NCBI GenBank assembly: GCA_027483005.1
Contig: JAIXVN010000325.1
Coordinates: forward strand, 1-32,605
Reading direction: 5' to 3'
DNA length: 32,605 bases
Origin: Verrucomicrobiaceae bacterium
Lineage (GTDB): Bacteria; Verrucomicrobiota; Verrucomicrobiia; Verrucomicrobiales; Akkermansiaceae
Position 1 is the stretch's first letter; the number at the start of each line of letters is the position of its first letter. A model generated the notes under the pieces. That model was not told the DNA's origin. It made no database searches and saw nothing but the letters and a program-made list of their open reading frames with translations. Both the position numbers and the translations under genes were made by a program. This document shows, piece by piece, positions 1-7,668 of the stretch.

Positions 1-83
1 CGACCGATTAACCCTTGGAAAACCCATTAACCAAGGACCCATCGGCCGGACCGCCTGTTATCGTGTCGCGACAGGGACAAAAA

Positions 84-99
84 AGCAGCAGGCGTGCCA
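84..99 (-). promoter_or_regulatory. Putative sigma54 (-24/-12) promoter directed off the left edge of the window
   Basis: Minus strand reads TGGCACGCCTGCTGCT: exact GG-N10-GC spacing, one mismatch to TGGCACG-N4-TTGCW; intergenic. Confidence 0.55.
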
Positions 100-135
100 G
101 TTTGAAAACCACCATGAGGAAACGGAAACGTCACC

Positions 136-1389
136 TTAAGGCAAGGGCAATGGCGGCAGCTTGAGATCTCCCGGTGGCTTCTTCGTGGCGGGTCGGTCAA
201 AGGGTGTGCCGTACTTCGTGAAGCCTTCAACGAAGCCGCCTTGGCTCAGGAAGAAGCGACCGTTCTCCACGCCCATGAAGCGGTCGAGACGATCCGCCTT
301 GCCGGTGCCGTCATGACTGAAACTGGCGCGGGCGATTTCGATCCACTCGCCCTTGTCGGTCCGGACCCACTGGTTTCCAAACAAGGCCTTGCGGCGCAGA
401 TGACCATTCTGGCCATTGAAGTTCTCACTGAAGCTGTAGAGGCCCTTCAGCCAGCCTCCATCCTTGGGCGCCTTCCAACTTGAAATCAGCATCCACTTGT
501 TCTGATCGGGATGAAACCAGTAGCCGGAGAACACGGTGTGGGTCGCATCCACCGGCTTGGCCGTGACGAGAAAGCGTTGGGGCGAGCCGGTTTTCCAGAG
601 ATACTTCAAATGGCTGTGACCTCCCGTGCCCTCGTTGCCGAAGTCCCCGCTGTTCACGCCCTCGCCCTTCGCGATCAGCGTCACCCGATCCTCGCCACCG
701 ACCTTGTCGCGCGACTTGGCCTCATTTCCACTGTCCCAAACGGAGAAAATGATACGCCTTTCGGTGGGGCTGTTGACCTGCATGCCGAAGTAGCCGCGAT
801 GCCACCCTGCCGCCATGTAATAGGTCCACAAGGGGTCCTCCTCTGCGGAAGCCTCGCAATAGAAGGCTTCGACATTGGCGCCCTTGGGGTTCTCATAGCT
901 GAGATGCACCGAAGCCGCATTGCGGCGTTCCTTGAGATTGAAATGGGCGTCCTTGGCAGCCGGGCCATCCAGAAGAAGTGGACCGATTTCACCAGCCTCC
1001 GCTCCTTTTGCATTGAGGGACTCCAGCCTGAACTGCTGATAACCAGGCTTCGTCACAGAAAACTCTCCGAGGTCCACCCGCTGCGGCTCTGCCCCCTTGC
1101 CTGTGACCTTCACCTCCTTGGAGCGCCCCGCCAGGGTGAAGCGCAGCTTCGACTCCTTGCCTTCCGGCAGCGAAACCTCCACCGCGCATTCAATCTTGCC
1201 CGCTTGCTTGATCTCGCCGAACCACGCGATCTTCAGGTCCGGATCGGTCCAGCCACGGATCGGCTTGTCTTCGGAAATCCTGGCACCGTTCACGTCGGGA
1301 GCCAGGTAGGCGGAGTGAGCCGGAATCCGAAGGGGATCTGCATGGACGAGACTGGTGGAGAGCAACAATCCGAAGGCGATGGTTTTCAT
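136..1389 (-). CDS. Secreted DUF5077/DUF3472 domain protein
   Basis: Signal peptide MKTIAFGLLLSTSLVHA; motifs RRNAASVHL, GYFGMQVNSPTERRIIFSVWD, FGNEGTGGHS, LYSFSENF; start chosen at ATG 1389 (alternative 1395). Confidence 0.8.
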   Translation of the reverse strand: MKTIAFGLLLSTSLVHADPLRIPAHSAYLAPDVNGARISEDKPIRGWTDPDLKIAWFGEIKQAGKIECAVEVSLPEGKESKLRFTLAGRSKEVKVTGKGAEPQRVDLGEFSVTKPGYQQFRLESLNAKGAEAGEIGPLLLDGPAAKDAHFNLKERRNAASVHLSYENPKGANVEAFYCEASAEEDPLWTYYMAAGWHRGYFGMQVNSPTERRIIFSVWDSGNEAKSRDKVGGEDRVTLIAKGEGVNSGDFGNEGTGGHSHLKYLWKTGSPQRFLVTAKPVDATHTVFSGYWFHPDQNKWMLISSWKAPKDGGWLKGLYSFSENFNGQNGHLRRKALFGNQWVRTDKGEWIEIARASFSHDGTGKADRLDRFMGVENGRFFLSQGGFVEGFTKYGTPFDRPATKKPPGDLKLPPLPLP

Positions 1390-1544
1390 GATCATGACAA
1401 AAGGAACGCGGGAAAGCATCCACAGCCGGGCCGCAGCGTCCACTTGATTCGTCGGATCGCGGGGCCTCAAAAAGTTTTCAAGATGCCTCGAATAAACGCC
1501 GGTCCCTTGCGTCGAAGCAGGCGTATCCAAAAATGGATTCAACC

Positions 1545-1898
1545 ATGAAACGACTCGCACTGACTGTCGCCGCTGCCGCCTTTGCCTGGCTCGGCACCAC
1601 CACCGAAAGTTCCGCCAGCCCCTATTGCGGCAGCAGATCCTCGGTTTACATCAGCACCTATACCCGCTGTGGCTGTCCGGTTTACGTGCAGCGCTACATC
1701 GCCTACTACGATCACTGTGGTCGTCCGGTGTGGCAAACCCGCACGATGCCGGTCAACCATCACTGCCGACCCGTCTATCGTCCGTCACCTTGCCCGAATG
1801 ATCGTTATCGGGGTTACGGCCCTGGCGGCTACTACTCACGCAGTAACTGCAATGGCCCGGCCGTTCGTGGCAATGTGGTCATCCAGGCGAGGTGGTAA
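1545..1898 (+). CDS. Small secreted Cys/Tyr/Arg-rich protein
   Basis: Signal peptide MKRLALTVAAAAFAWLGTTTESSA; 7 Cys; followed by a terminator. Confidence 0.75.
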   Translation: MKRLALTVAAAAFAWLGTTTESSASPYCGSRSSVYISTYTRCGCPVYVQRYIAYYDHCGRPVWQTRTMPVNHHCRPVYRPSPCPNDRYRGYGPGGYYSRSNCNGPAVRGNVVIQARW

Positions 1899-1915
1899 CC
1901 CTTCGTTCTCCCCAA

Positions 1916-1948
1916 GCCGACACGGTGATCCGCCGTGTCGGCCTTTTC
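1916..1948 (+). terminator. Rho-independent terminator
   Basis: 10-bp stem GCCGACACGG/CCGTGTCGGC followed by CTTTTC, between convergent genes. Confidence 0.75.
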
Positions 1949-1951
1949 ATG

Positions 1952-2995
1952 TCAGCGGATCAGCCCGCGCATGAGCACGTCCCCGCCAGTTCTGGCGAAG
2001 GTGATCGATGATCGCTCCAGGGCGACATCAAATCCCTCTCCGGCCACGGACGGAACCGGTCCGCCGCACAGAAGTGGAGCGAGATAAACCGCGACCTCAT
2101 CGATCAACGAAGCCTCCAAAAATGCAGCGGCCAACCCGCCACCCGCTTCCAACAGGACGCTGAGAACACCTTGTTCCACCACAAGACCCCGGAGCATCGC
2201 CTCAAGATCCTCTCCATTCCTGATCAAGGTGCGGTGTTTCCACTCATCTGAAAAAAGCGCACACGCTGACGGAAGATCATCGGGCCTTGAGGTGAGTACA
2301 ATCCTCCACGGCTGATCACGCCCTTGGAGAAGCTCGGGATTCCGAATCGTCAACTGCGGCAAATCCTGACGGACGGTTTCACCGGAGGTCAGGATCGCAT
2401 CGACCTCGGAGCGCAACCGTTGCACCGTTTCCCTCGACGAAGGTCCACTCAACCACTGCCCCTCGCCGGGCGGACGGGTCAGCCGGCCATCGAGGCTCAT
2501 CGCCGTTTTCCAGATGACCCATGGCAGGCCAGTCTCCTGAACCTTGAAAAAGGGCCTCAGTAAAATGGCCGCCTCTTCCCCGCCGACTCCCGCTTCCACC
2601 TGGATCCCCGCCGCGCCCAGCACGGCATCGGCACGACCCACATGCGCCGGATTCCGGTCCGCCACGGCATAGACCACCCGCGCCACTCCCGCTTCGATCA
2701 ATCCAGCCGTGCAGGGCGGGGTGCGACCGTGGGTCGAACAGGGTTCCAGGGTCACGTAAACCGTCGAACCTTTCAGGGCCAGGTCTCCGAATTCCAAACG
2801 CGCCGCTGCCAGGGCCTCGCGCTCGGCATGAGGCTGACCCGCTGCCCGGTGCCATCCCTTTCCAAGAAGCCGGCCATCCTTGACGATCACCGCGCCGACC
2901 GGCGGATTCGGCGCGGTCCGGCCCACTCCTTTCCGGGCCTCCTCGAGCGCCAAGTTCATCCACCCTGCGTCGTCCATCTGGTTCAGGCTGACCAT
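1952..2995 (-). CDS. ribD: Bifunctional riboflavin biosynthesis deaminase/reductase RibD
   Basis: PNPPVGAVIV, HAE, TLEPC..HGRTPPC Zn motifs; reductase SLDG and LLEAGG; start uncertain (2977/2995/3022). Confidence 0.95.
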   Translation of the reverse strand: MVSLNQMDDAGWMNLALEEARKGVGRTAPNPPVGAVIVKDGRLLGKGWHRAAGQPHAEREALAAARLEFGDLALKGSTVYVTLEPCSTHGRTPPCTAGLIEAGVARVVYAVADRNPAHVGRADAVLGAAGIQVEAGVGGEEAAILLRPFFKVQETGLPWVIWKTAMSLDGRLTRPPGEGQWLSGPSSRETVQRLRSEVDAILTSGETVRQDLPQLTIRNPELLQGRDQPWRIVLTSRPDDLPSACALFSDEWKHRTLIRNGEDLEAMLRGLVVEQGVLSVLLEAGGGLAAAFLEASLIDEVAVYLAPLLCGGPVPSVAGEGFDVALERSSITFARTGGDVLMRGLIR

Positions 2996-3084
2996 TCCCC
3001 GCAGGATCGCAAGCATCGGCATCTCTTGGATTGAAAACCGTCTGAAATGGGTGCAGTCTCCAGATGGTCAAAATCCAGAAACCC

Positions 3085-3612
3085 ATGAAAACCCGCATCG
3101 CCTGTCTATCGGTCGTCCTCGTTTCGCTCCACTCAGCCGTCATGGCAGAGGAGCCCGCCGTTGCCACTTCCTCCGCCTATCAGCAAGGGCTCCTGGCCGT
3201 CGCCGCCGGAGACCCGGTCAAGGCTGAAGCCTGCTTCACCAAAGCGCTTCAGCAGGATCCCAACAACGCCAACGCCCGCTACCAGTTGATCGAAGTGAAG
3301 AAAAATGCGGCCAGCATTTCAGCCAAGGGCCGGGCCTCCAGGTTCGGCGCGGTGGTGATTCCCAGCATCCAACTCGACGGCGCCACGCTGGAGGAATCAC
3401 TCACCGTGCTCGGCAAAATGGTCGCCCGGGAAAGCAAGGATCAGGTGACGCCAAACTTCATCACCGAGGATCCCCAGTCGAAACTCGGCTCCAAGACGAT
3501 CACCCTGAAACTGAACAACATCCCGGCGAAAGCAGCACTCGAGTACATCCTGACCCAGGTGGGTGCCAAGGCGCGCTTCGACGAGCACGCCATCGTGGTC
3601 TCGACCCGCTGA
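3085..3612 (+). CDS. Secreted protein with one TPR pair and an STN/secretin-N-like domain
   Basis: Signal peptide; TPR-like AEACFTKALQQDPNNANARYQL; ITLKLNNIPAKAALEYI resembles STN. Confidence 0.7.
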   Translation: MKTRIACLSVVLVSLHSAVMAEEPAVATSSAYQQGLLAVAAGDPVKAEACFTKALQQDPNNANARYQLIEVKKNAASISAKGRASRFGAVVIPSIQLDGATLEESLTVLGKMVARESKDQVTPNFITEDPQSKLGSKTITLKLNNIPAKAALEYILTQVGAKARFDEHAIVVSTR

Positions 3613-3615
3613 CCC

Positions 3616-4632
3616 TCACAGGCCCACCATCAGCGAGACATGGGCGGCGGTCAGTTCGCCCATCGTTCTGCAGTCGCCGAATCCGCTGGTGCCATGCATC
3701 CGGTCCAGGTCGTGCGACAGCGTTTTGACATGTGAAACCGGAGCGATCTCATCCCGCCTCATGATCCCGAGCAGGGCCTTGAGGCGGCTGCTTTCAACCT
3801 TCGCCCGTTGCGCCATCTGCGAGTGCTCTTCGGCCACATACTGATCGATCGTCTTCCGGTTCAGCACGTCGAACGCGAGCTTGGTGATGCTTCTGTTGGA
3901 GTCAAAACGATAGGCGAGGTAGATCTTTCCACGCCGCTCGTAGGACTGCTGGTCGAAGTCGATCGGCCGCACCCGATACTGCACCTCCTCGAAGTCCGGA
4001 GTCACCTCGACCACATAGTTCACACTCCGCATGTCGCCCAGCAGCCGGATGAAGCAGCGTTCGTTGAACTTGGTGAATTCCTTGGCGATGCGGACCTTGT
4101 TGACCGTCGGCTGATGCAGGAAATCCTTCAGGAACACGTCACCCGGTACGCCTGCGATGTGTTCCTCGATGAGGGTGTTTCCGTTCACCAGGTAATTGAT
4201 CCGGTTGGGTGAAAGGATATGCTCGAGTTCCAGTCCGTAGATCCGCGAGGCGTCCGCCTGCTTCACGTAGAAGTAGTCGGAGTTGTCGTTGAAGAGGTTG
4301 GTGATCCGGATGCGGAACGGCTTGGAGTTTCCGAAGTCTCCGAAGTCGATCCTGTCCACGATCAGGTGGTCATGGTGACCCGCCGCACCGCCGATCTTGA
4401 GCTCGGCATAAATTTTCGTCAGGTGGGGGCGAAGCTCGGCAATGACCTCGGGCGAGTACATCACCGTCATCCAAAGGGTTTCCTTGCCCCGTGGATCTTC
4501 GTAGGGGACCGCACCGGTGAAACGACGCAAATCATCATAGACCTGTGGGATCTCGCGCTGCCGATCGAAGTGGTAAAGGTACTGCCTCAACGGCCCGGCC
4601 ACCGGATACAAGGTCTTCAGGCGGGAGATCAT
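3616..4632 (-). CDS. Hypothetical protein, probable atypical (PI3/4K/HipA-like) kinase fold
   Basis: 338-aa ORF with ordered kinase-like motifs YFYVK, LELE, LIEEHIAG, LLGDMRSVNY, PIDFD. Confidence 0.65.
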   Translation of the reverse strand: MISRLKTLYPVAGPLRQYLYHFDRQREIPQVYDDLRRFTGAVPYEDPRGKETLWMTVMYSPEVIAELRPHLTKIYAELKIGGAAGHHDHLIVDRIDFGDFGNSKPFRIRITNLFNDNSDYFYVKQADASRIYGLELEHILSPNRINYLVNGNTLIEEHIAGVPGDVFLKDFLHQPTVNKVRIAKEFTKFNERCFIRLLGDMRSVNYVVEVTPDFEEVQYRVRPIDFDQQSYERRGKIYLAYRFDSNRSITKLAFDVLNRKTIDQYVAEEHSQMAQRAKVESSRLKALLGIMRRDEIAPVSHVKTLSHDLDRMHGTSGFGDCRTMGELTAAHVSLMVGL

Positions 4633-4672
4633 GGCCTAGGAAAGCAGGATGATCCGCACCAGGGAAGGGCGA

Positions 4673-5239
4673 TCACGCCTCGTCGAGCAGCGTGCTGCGG
4701 GTGAAGAGGGGCAGCACTGGAATGCCACGGGCTTCGATGGCCTGACGACCGCCCTCCTCGCGATCCACGAGGACGAGTGCGAAGGCGACCTTGCCTCCTT
4801 CGCGTTCGATCACGTCGATGGCTTTGAGGGTTGAGCCACCGGTGGTGATGACATCATCTACGACGATCACCGTACTTCCTTCCTTGAAATTGCCTTCGAT
4901 CTGCTTGCCGCGACCGTGACCCTTCGGCTCCTTGCGGACGGTGAAGACCTGCAGGGCCTCGTCTGGATTTGATCTCGCCGAAGTCATGCCGACTGCGAGG
5001 GAAATCGGATCCGCGCCGAGTGTCATGCCGCCGATGGCATCGATCTTCAATCCTTCCGCTGCGATCCGCTCGCGTACGGCCGCCCAGCCGATTTCACCGA
5101 TCAAATTCGCTCCAAAGGGGTCGAGAGCGGTGACGCGGCAGTCGATGTAGAGATCACTCTCTTTTCCCGATGCGAGAGTGAAGGTTCCGGTGCGGACGGA
5201 TTTTTCAAGAAGCAGGGCTTTCAGGGCGGCGGCGGACAT
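4673..5239 (-). CDS. pyrE: Orotate phosphoribosyltransferase
   Basis: FTLASGKESDLYIDCR, VRKEPKGHG, PRPP motif VVDDVITTGGS. Confidence 0.95.
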   Translation of the reverse strand: MSAAALKALLLEKSVRTGTFTLASGKESDLYIDCRVTALDPFGANLIGEIGWAAVRERIAAEGLKIDAIGGMTLGADPISLAVGMTSARSNPDEALQVFTVRKEPKGHGRGKQIEGNFKEGSTVIVVDDVITTGGSTLKAIDVIEREGGKVAFALVLVDREEGGRQAIEARGIPVLPLFTRSTLLDEA

Positions 5240-5252
5240 GTCCGCAGAGTCC

Positions 5253-5276
5253 AGATTCAAGATTCAAGATTCAAGA
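5253..5276. repeat. Heptamer tandem repeat (AGATTCA)x3 plus AGA
   Basis: Read directly; lies between the rpmA terminator and the pyrE start. Confidence 0.85.
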
Positions 5277-5306
5277 GAAGAGCTTCAAACATTTGGAGCA
5301 GGATAC

Positions 5307-5341
5307 AAAAAAGCCGCTTCCCTTTCGGAAAGCGGCTTTTT
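5307..5341 (-). terminator. Rho-independent terminator after rplU-rpmA
   Basis: AAAAAAGCCGCTTCC-CTTTC-GGAAAGCGGCTTTTT hairpin with A and T tracts on both sides. Confidence 0.85.
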
Positions 5342-5361
5342 GAAATTTTACGCTGCCTGAA

Positions 5362-5619
5362 TCAGTTGGCGGCGACGGCCTCAACGATGTTCACGCGGCG
5401 GCCTTCGCGGTCGAAGGCGACCTTGCCATCGGTGAGGGCGAAGAGGGTGTGATCGCGGCCGATGCCGACGTTCAGACCCGGATGCACCTTCGTTCCGCGC
5501 TGGCGGATGATGATGTTGCCGGCGATGACGGCCTGGCCGCCGAATTTCTTCACGCCGAGACGCTTGCTGCGTGAGTCACGTCCGTTCTTGACGGAGCCTT
5601 GTCCTTTCTTATGGGCCAT
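5362..5619 (-). CDS. rpmA: 50S ribosomal protein L27
   Basis: [28 protein letters not shown]. Confidence 0.98.
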   Translation of the reverse strand: MAHKKGQGSVKNGRDSRSKRLGVKKFGGQAVIAGNIIIRQRGTKVHPGLNVGIGRDHTLFALTDGKVAFDREGRRVNIVEAVAAN

Positions 5620-5639
5620 GGTGGAAGGGTGGTGAGGGG

Positions 5640-5951
5640 TTAGACGCCGACGGCGGTGATTTCAAGCTTCGTCAGCGAGCGACGGAAGCCCTTGGTCTTG
5701 TGGAAGCCCTTGCGGCGCTTGAACTTGAAGGCAACGCCCTTCTTGCCGCGGAACTGGCTGACGACCTTGGCGGTCACCGAGGCACCGGCCACGAGAGGAG
5801 CACCGATTTGGACGGAATCCCCTTCGCCGACGAGAAGCACGTCGAATGAGAGTTCCGAATCGACTTCGGCGTCGAGTTTTTCGACGTCGATTGTGTCGCC
5901 TTGTTGCACGCGGTATTGTTTACCGCCTGTTTTGATCACTGCGTAGGCCAT
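5640..5951 (-). CDS. rplU: 50S ribosomal protein L21
   Basis: [23 protein letters not shown]; directly upstream of rpmA. Confidence 0.97.
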   Translation of the reverse strand: MAYAVIKTGGKQYRVQQGDTIDVEKLDAEVDSELSFDVLLVGEGDSVQIGAPLVAGASVTAKVVSQFRGKKGVAFKFKRRKGFHKTKGFRRSLTKLEITAVGV

Positions 5952-6073
5952 GTCCGTAGGAAGAGAGGGTTGCCGCCTTTTCGGGCGGGCGGAGAGAACA
6001 GCATGGGGGGGCGCAAGCGACAAGAAATTTTTTTAGAATCGACGTTCGCCGATGATTCGGCTTTCCGGAGTAA

Positions 6074-6487
6074 ATGAATCGGGAACGTGCGGCCACGAGC
6101 GAGGAAATGGAGGCAATTGGAGAAGCCGTTGGGATCCAGGCCTCCCGGGGAGCGGTGTTTGCACTTGTCGGGGATCTCGGTGCCGGAAAGACCCACTGGA
6201 CGAAAGGCCTGGCACATGGGCTGGGCTACAGTGGGGTGGTGACAAGTCCGACCTTTGCCTTGGCTCAGGAGTATCGGGGCGGTCGGCTTTCTGCCTTTCA
6301 TTTCGACTTCTACCGGATCGAAAGCACGGCGGAGCTGTTGGCGATGGGCTGGGACGAGTATCTCGATCAGGATGGAGTGATCGTTGCGGAATGGGCCGAC
6401 AAGTTTCCCGAGTTGCTACCCGAGCGGACTGTGTGGCTGGAATTCAAGGTGCTTGCAGACGGATCGCGGGAGATCATCAGCCGGTAA
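6074..6487 (+). CDS. tsaE: tRNA threonylcarbamoyladenosine biosynthesis ATPase TsaE
   Basis: GDLGAGKT, VTSPTF, HFDFYR, AEW. Confidence 0.95.
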   Translation: MNRERAATSEEMEAIGEAVGIQASRGAVFALVGDLGAGKTHWTKGLAHGLGYSGVVTSPTFALAQEYRGGRLSAFHFDFYRIESTAELLAMGWDEYLDQDGVIVAEWADKFPELLPERTVWLEFKVLADGSREIISR

Positions 6488-6608
6488 CTGTCCGACCGAC
6501 GCTTTGGAGCAAGCGGCTCCCGGTCTCGTAAACGCTGTTCGCGGCCCCACAGGATGTGGAGGCGAGGGTGATGGCAACGACTGCAAGCTTGAGAACGAAT
6601 CCGCGCAT
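6477..6608 (-). CDS. 43-aa small lipoprotein, entericidin-like (not in ORF track)
   Basis: MRGFVLKLAVVAITLASTSC-GAANSVYETGSRLLQSVGRTVTG; lipoprotein signal with Cys20; fills the gap between the SDR and tsaE. Confidence 0.7.
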   Translation of the reverse strand: MRGFVLKLAVVAITLASTSCGAANSVYETGSRLLQSVGRTVTG

Positions 6609-6638
6609 GGTGGAAGGATGACTTCCCGGGATCGGCAG

Positions 6639-7286
6639 TCAAGCAACCCGGCTGTCGAGGTGGAAAACCTGACCGGATGCATGCGGCATTTCCTCCTCCA
6701 GAAAGCGGATGAAACGCGCCACGCGGTCAGGCGTGTTGAAGGTCCCCAGAACGTGGTCGCCGCGGATTTCATCCATTCTGGACTCGGGGAGCTTGCCAGT
6801 CATCGGCGTCTGCATGAAGCCCGGCAGGACCACGTTGACACGAACGCCAAAAGGTCCGGTCTCCCTGGCGAGGGCCTTCGTCAATCCGATCAACCCGGCC
6901 TTGGAGGCGGCATAGGCGGTCTGGCCTTTGGGTGGGTGAATCGCTGAGAAGCTGGAAATCATGACGATGTGCCCTCGTTTCCGCCGGAGCATGCCTTTGA
7001 TCACGGCCTTCGCACAACGGGTTGGACCGTCGAGATTGGTTTCGAGAACTTCATCCCACCATGCTTCCGAAAGCCTGATCAAGGGCTCATCGCGGGTGAT
7101 GCCGGCGGCACAGATGAGCAGATCGACCCTTCGATCGGAAAAGTAGGTGACGACGGACGTTTGGCTGCGAACATCGAGCTCATTGCGTCCGGGGGCTTCA
7201 ACCGACCAGCGGGCCTCACTGAACTCGGTGGCGATCGCCTGAGCGAGGGCTCCCTTTCCACCGGTGATGACGACGTTTCCTCTCAC
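6639..7286 (-). CDS. SDR family oxidoreductase (FabG-like)
   Basis: TGGKGALA, AGITRD, YAASK, VNVVLPGF; start GTG 7286 or TTG 7322. Confidence 0.9.
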   Translation of the reverse strand: MRGNVVITGGKGALAQAIATEFSEARWSVEAPGRNELDVRSQTSVVTYFSDRRVDLLICAAGITRDEPLIRLSEAWWDEVLETNLDGPTRCAKAVIKGMLRRKRGHIVMISSFSAIHPPKGQTAYAASKAGLIGLTKALARETGPFGVRVNVVLPGFMQTPMTGKLPESRMDEIRGDHVLGTFNTPDRVARFIRFLEEEMPHASGQVFHLDSRVA

Positions 7287-7596
7287 GGTTGGATGTTTAT
7301 CGAAGGGAAGGATGGCCGACAATCGCCAAGCAACCTGCGAACAACTTGAGAAAAGCGATCGAGCAAGGATCGCCAGAGAACCGGATTCCCGTGTGATTCA
7401 CGAAGCGAGCCGCCCCATGCCCATCTTTTGCCCACCGTGGAACTCCCTTCGCTGCGGTGAGGAACGCACCAAATGAAGGGTTATTCGCAGCATGATGATG
7501 AAGACTCCTTGATTTTGAAAAAAGATAATCTTCAGAGCGGAAGCATTTGGAGCGGTTGGTCCTGCTCAAGCCATCTGGCCTGAGGATGCCCTTCAG

Positions 7597-7636
7597 GAAA
7601 GGAAACGCCGTGGCCCTCATGGAGAGACACGGCGTT
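7597..7636 (-). terminator. Probable terminator after pdhC
   Basis: Stem AACGCCGTG...CACGGCGTT followed on minus by TCCTTTCC (weak U tract). Confidence 0.55.
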
Positions 7637-7668
7637 GCTTGAGAGGGCACGTGGACGGGTTCTGAGGC

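Noticed and set aside
3724-3739. parS-like TTTGACATGTGAAACC
   Set aside because: Five mismatches, inside a CDS; half-site only.
7429-7444. parS-like TGCCCACCGTGGAACT
   Set aside because: Only one good half-site (11/16 match); not palindromic.
7323-7596. Long intergenic stretch with a CCCTTC...GAAGGG stem; possible ncRNA or small ORF
   Set aside because: No recognisable RNA family motif or convincing peptide; an Infernal/Rfam search would be needed.
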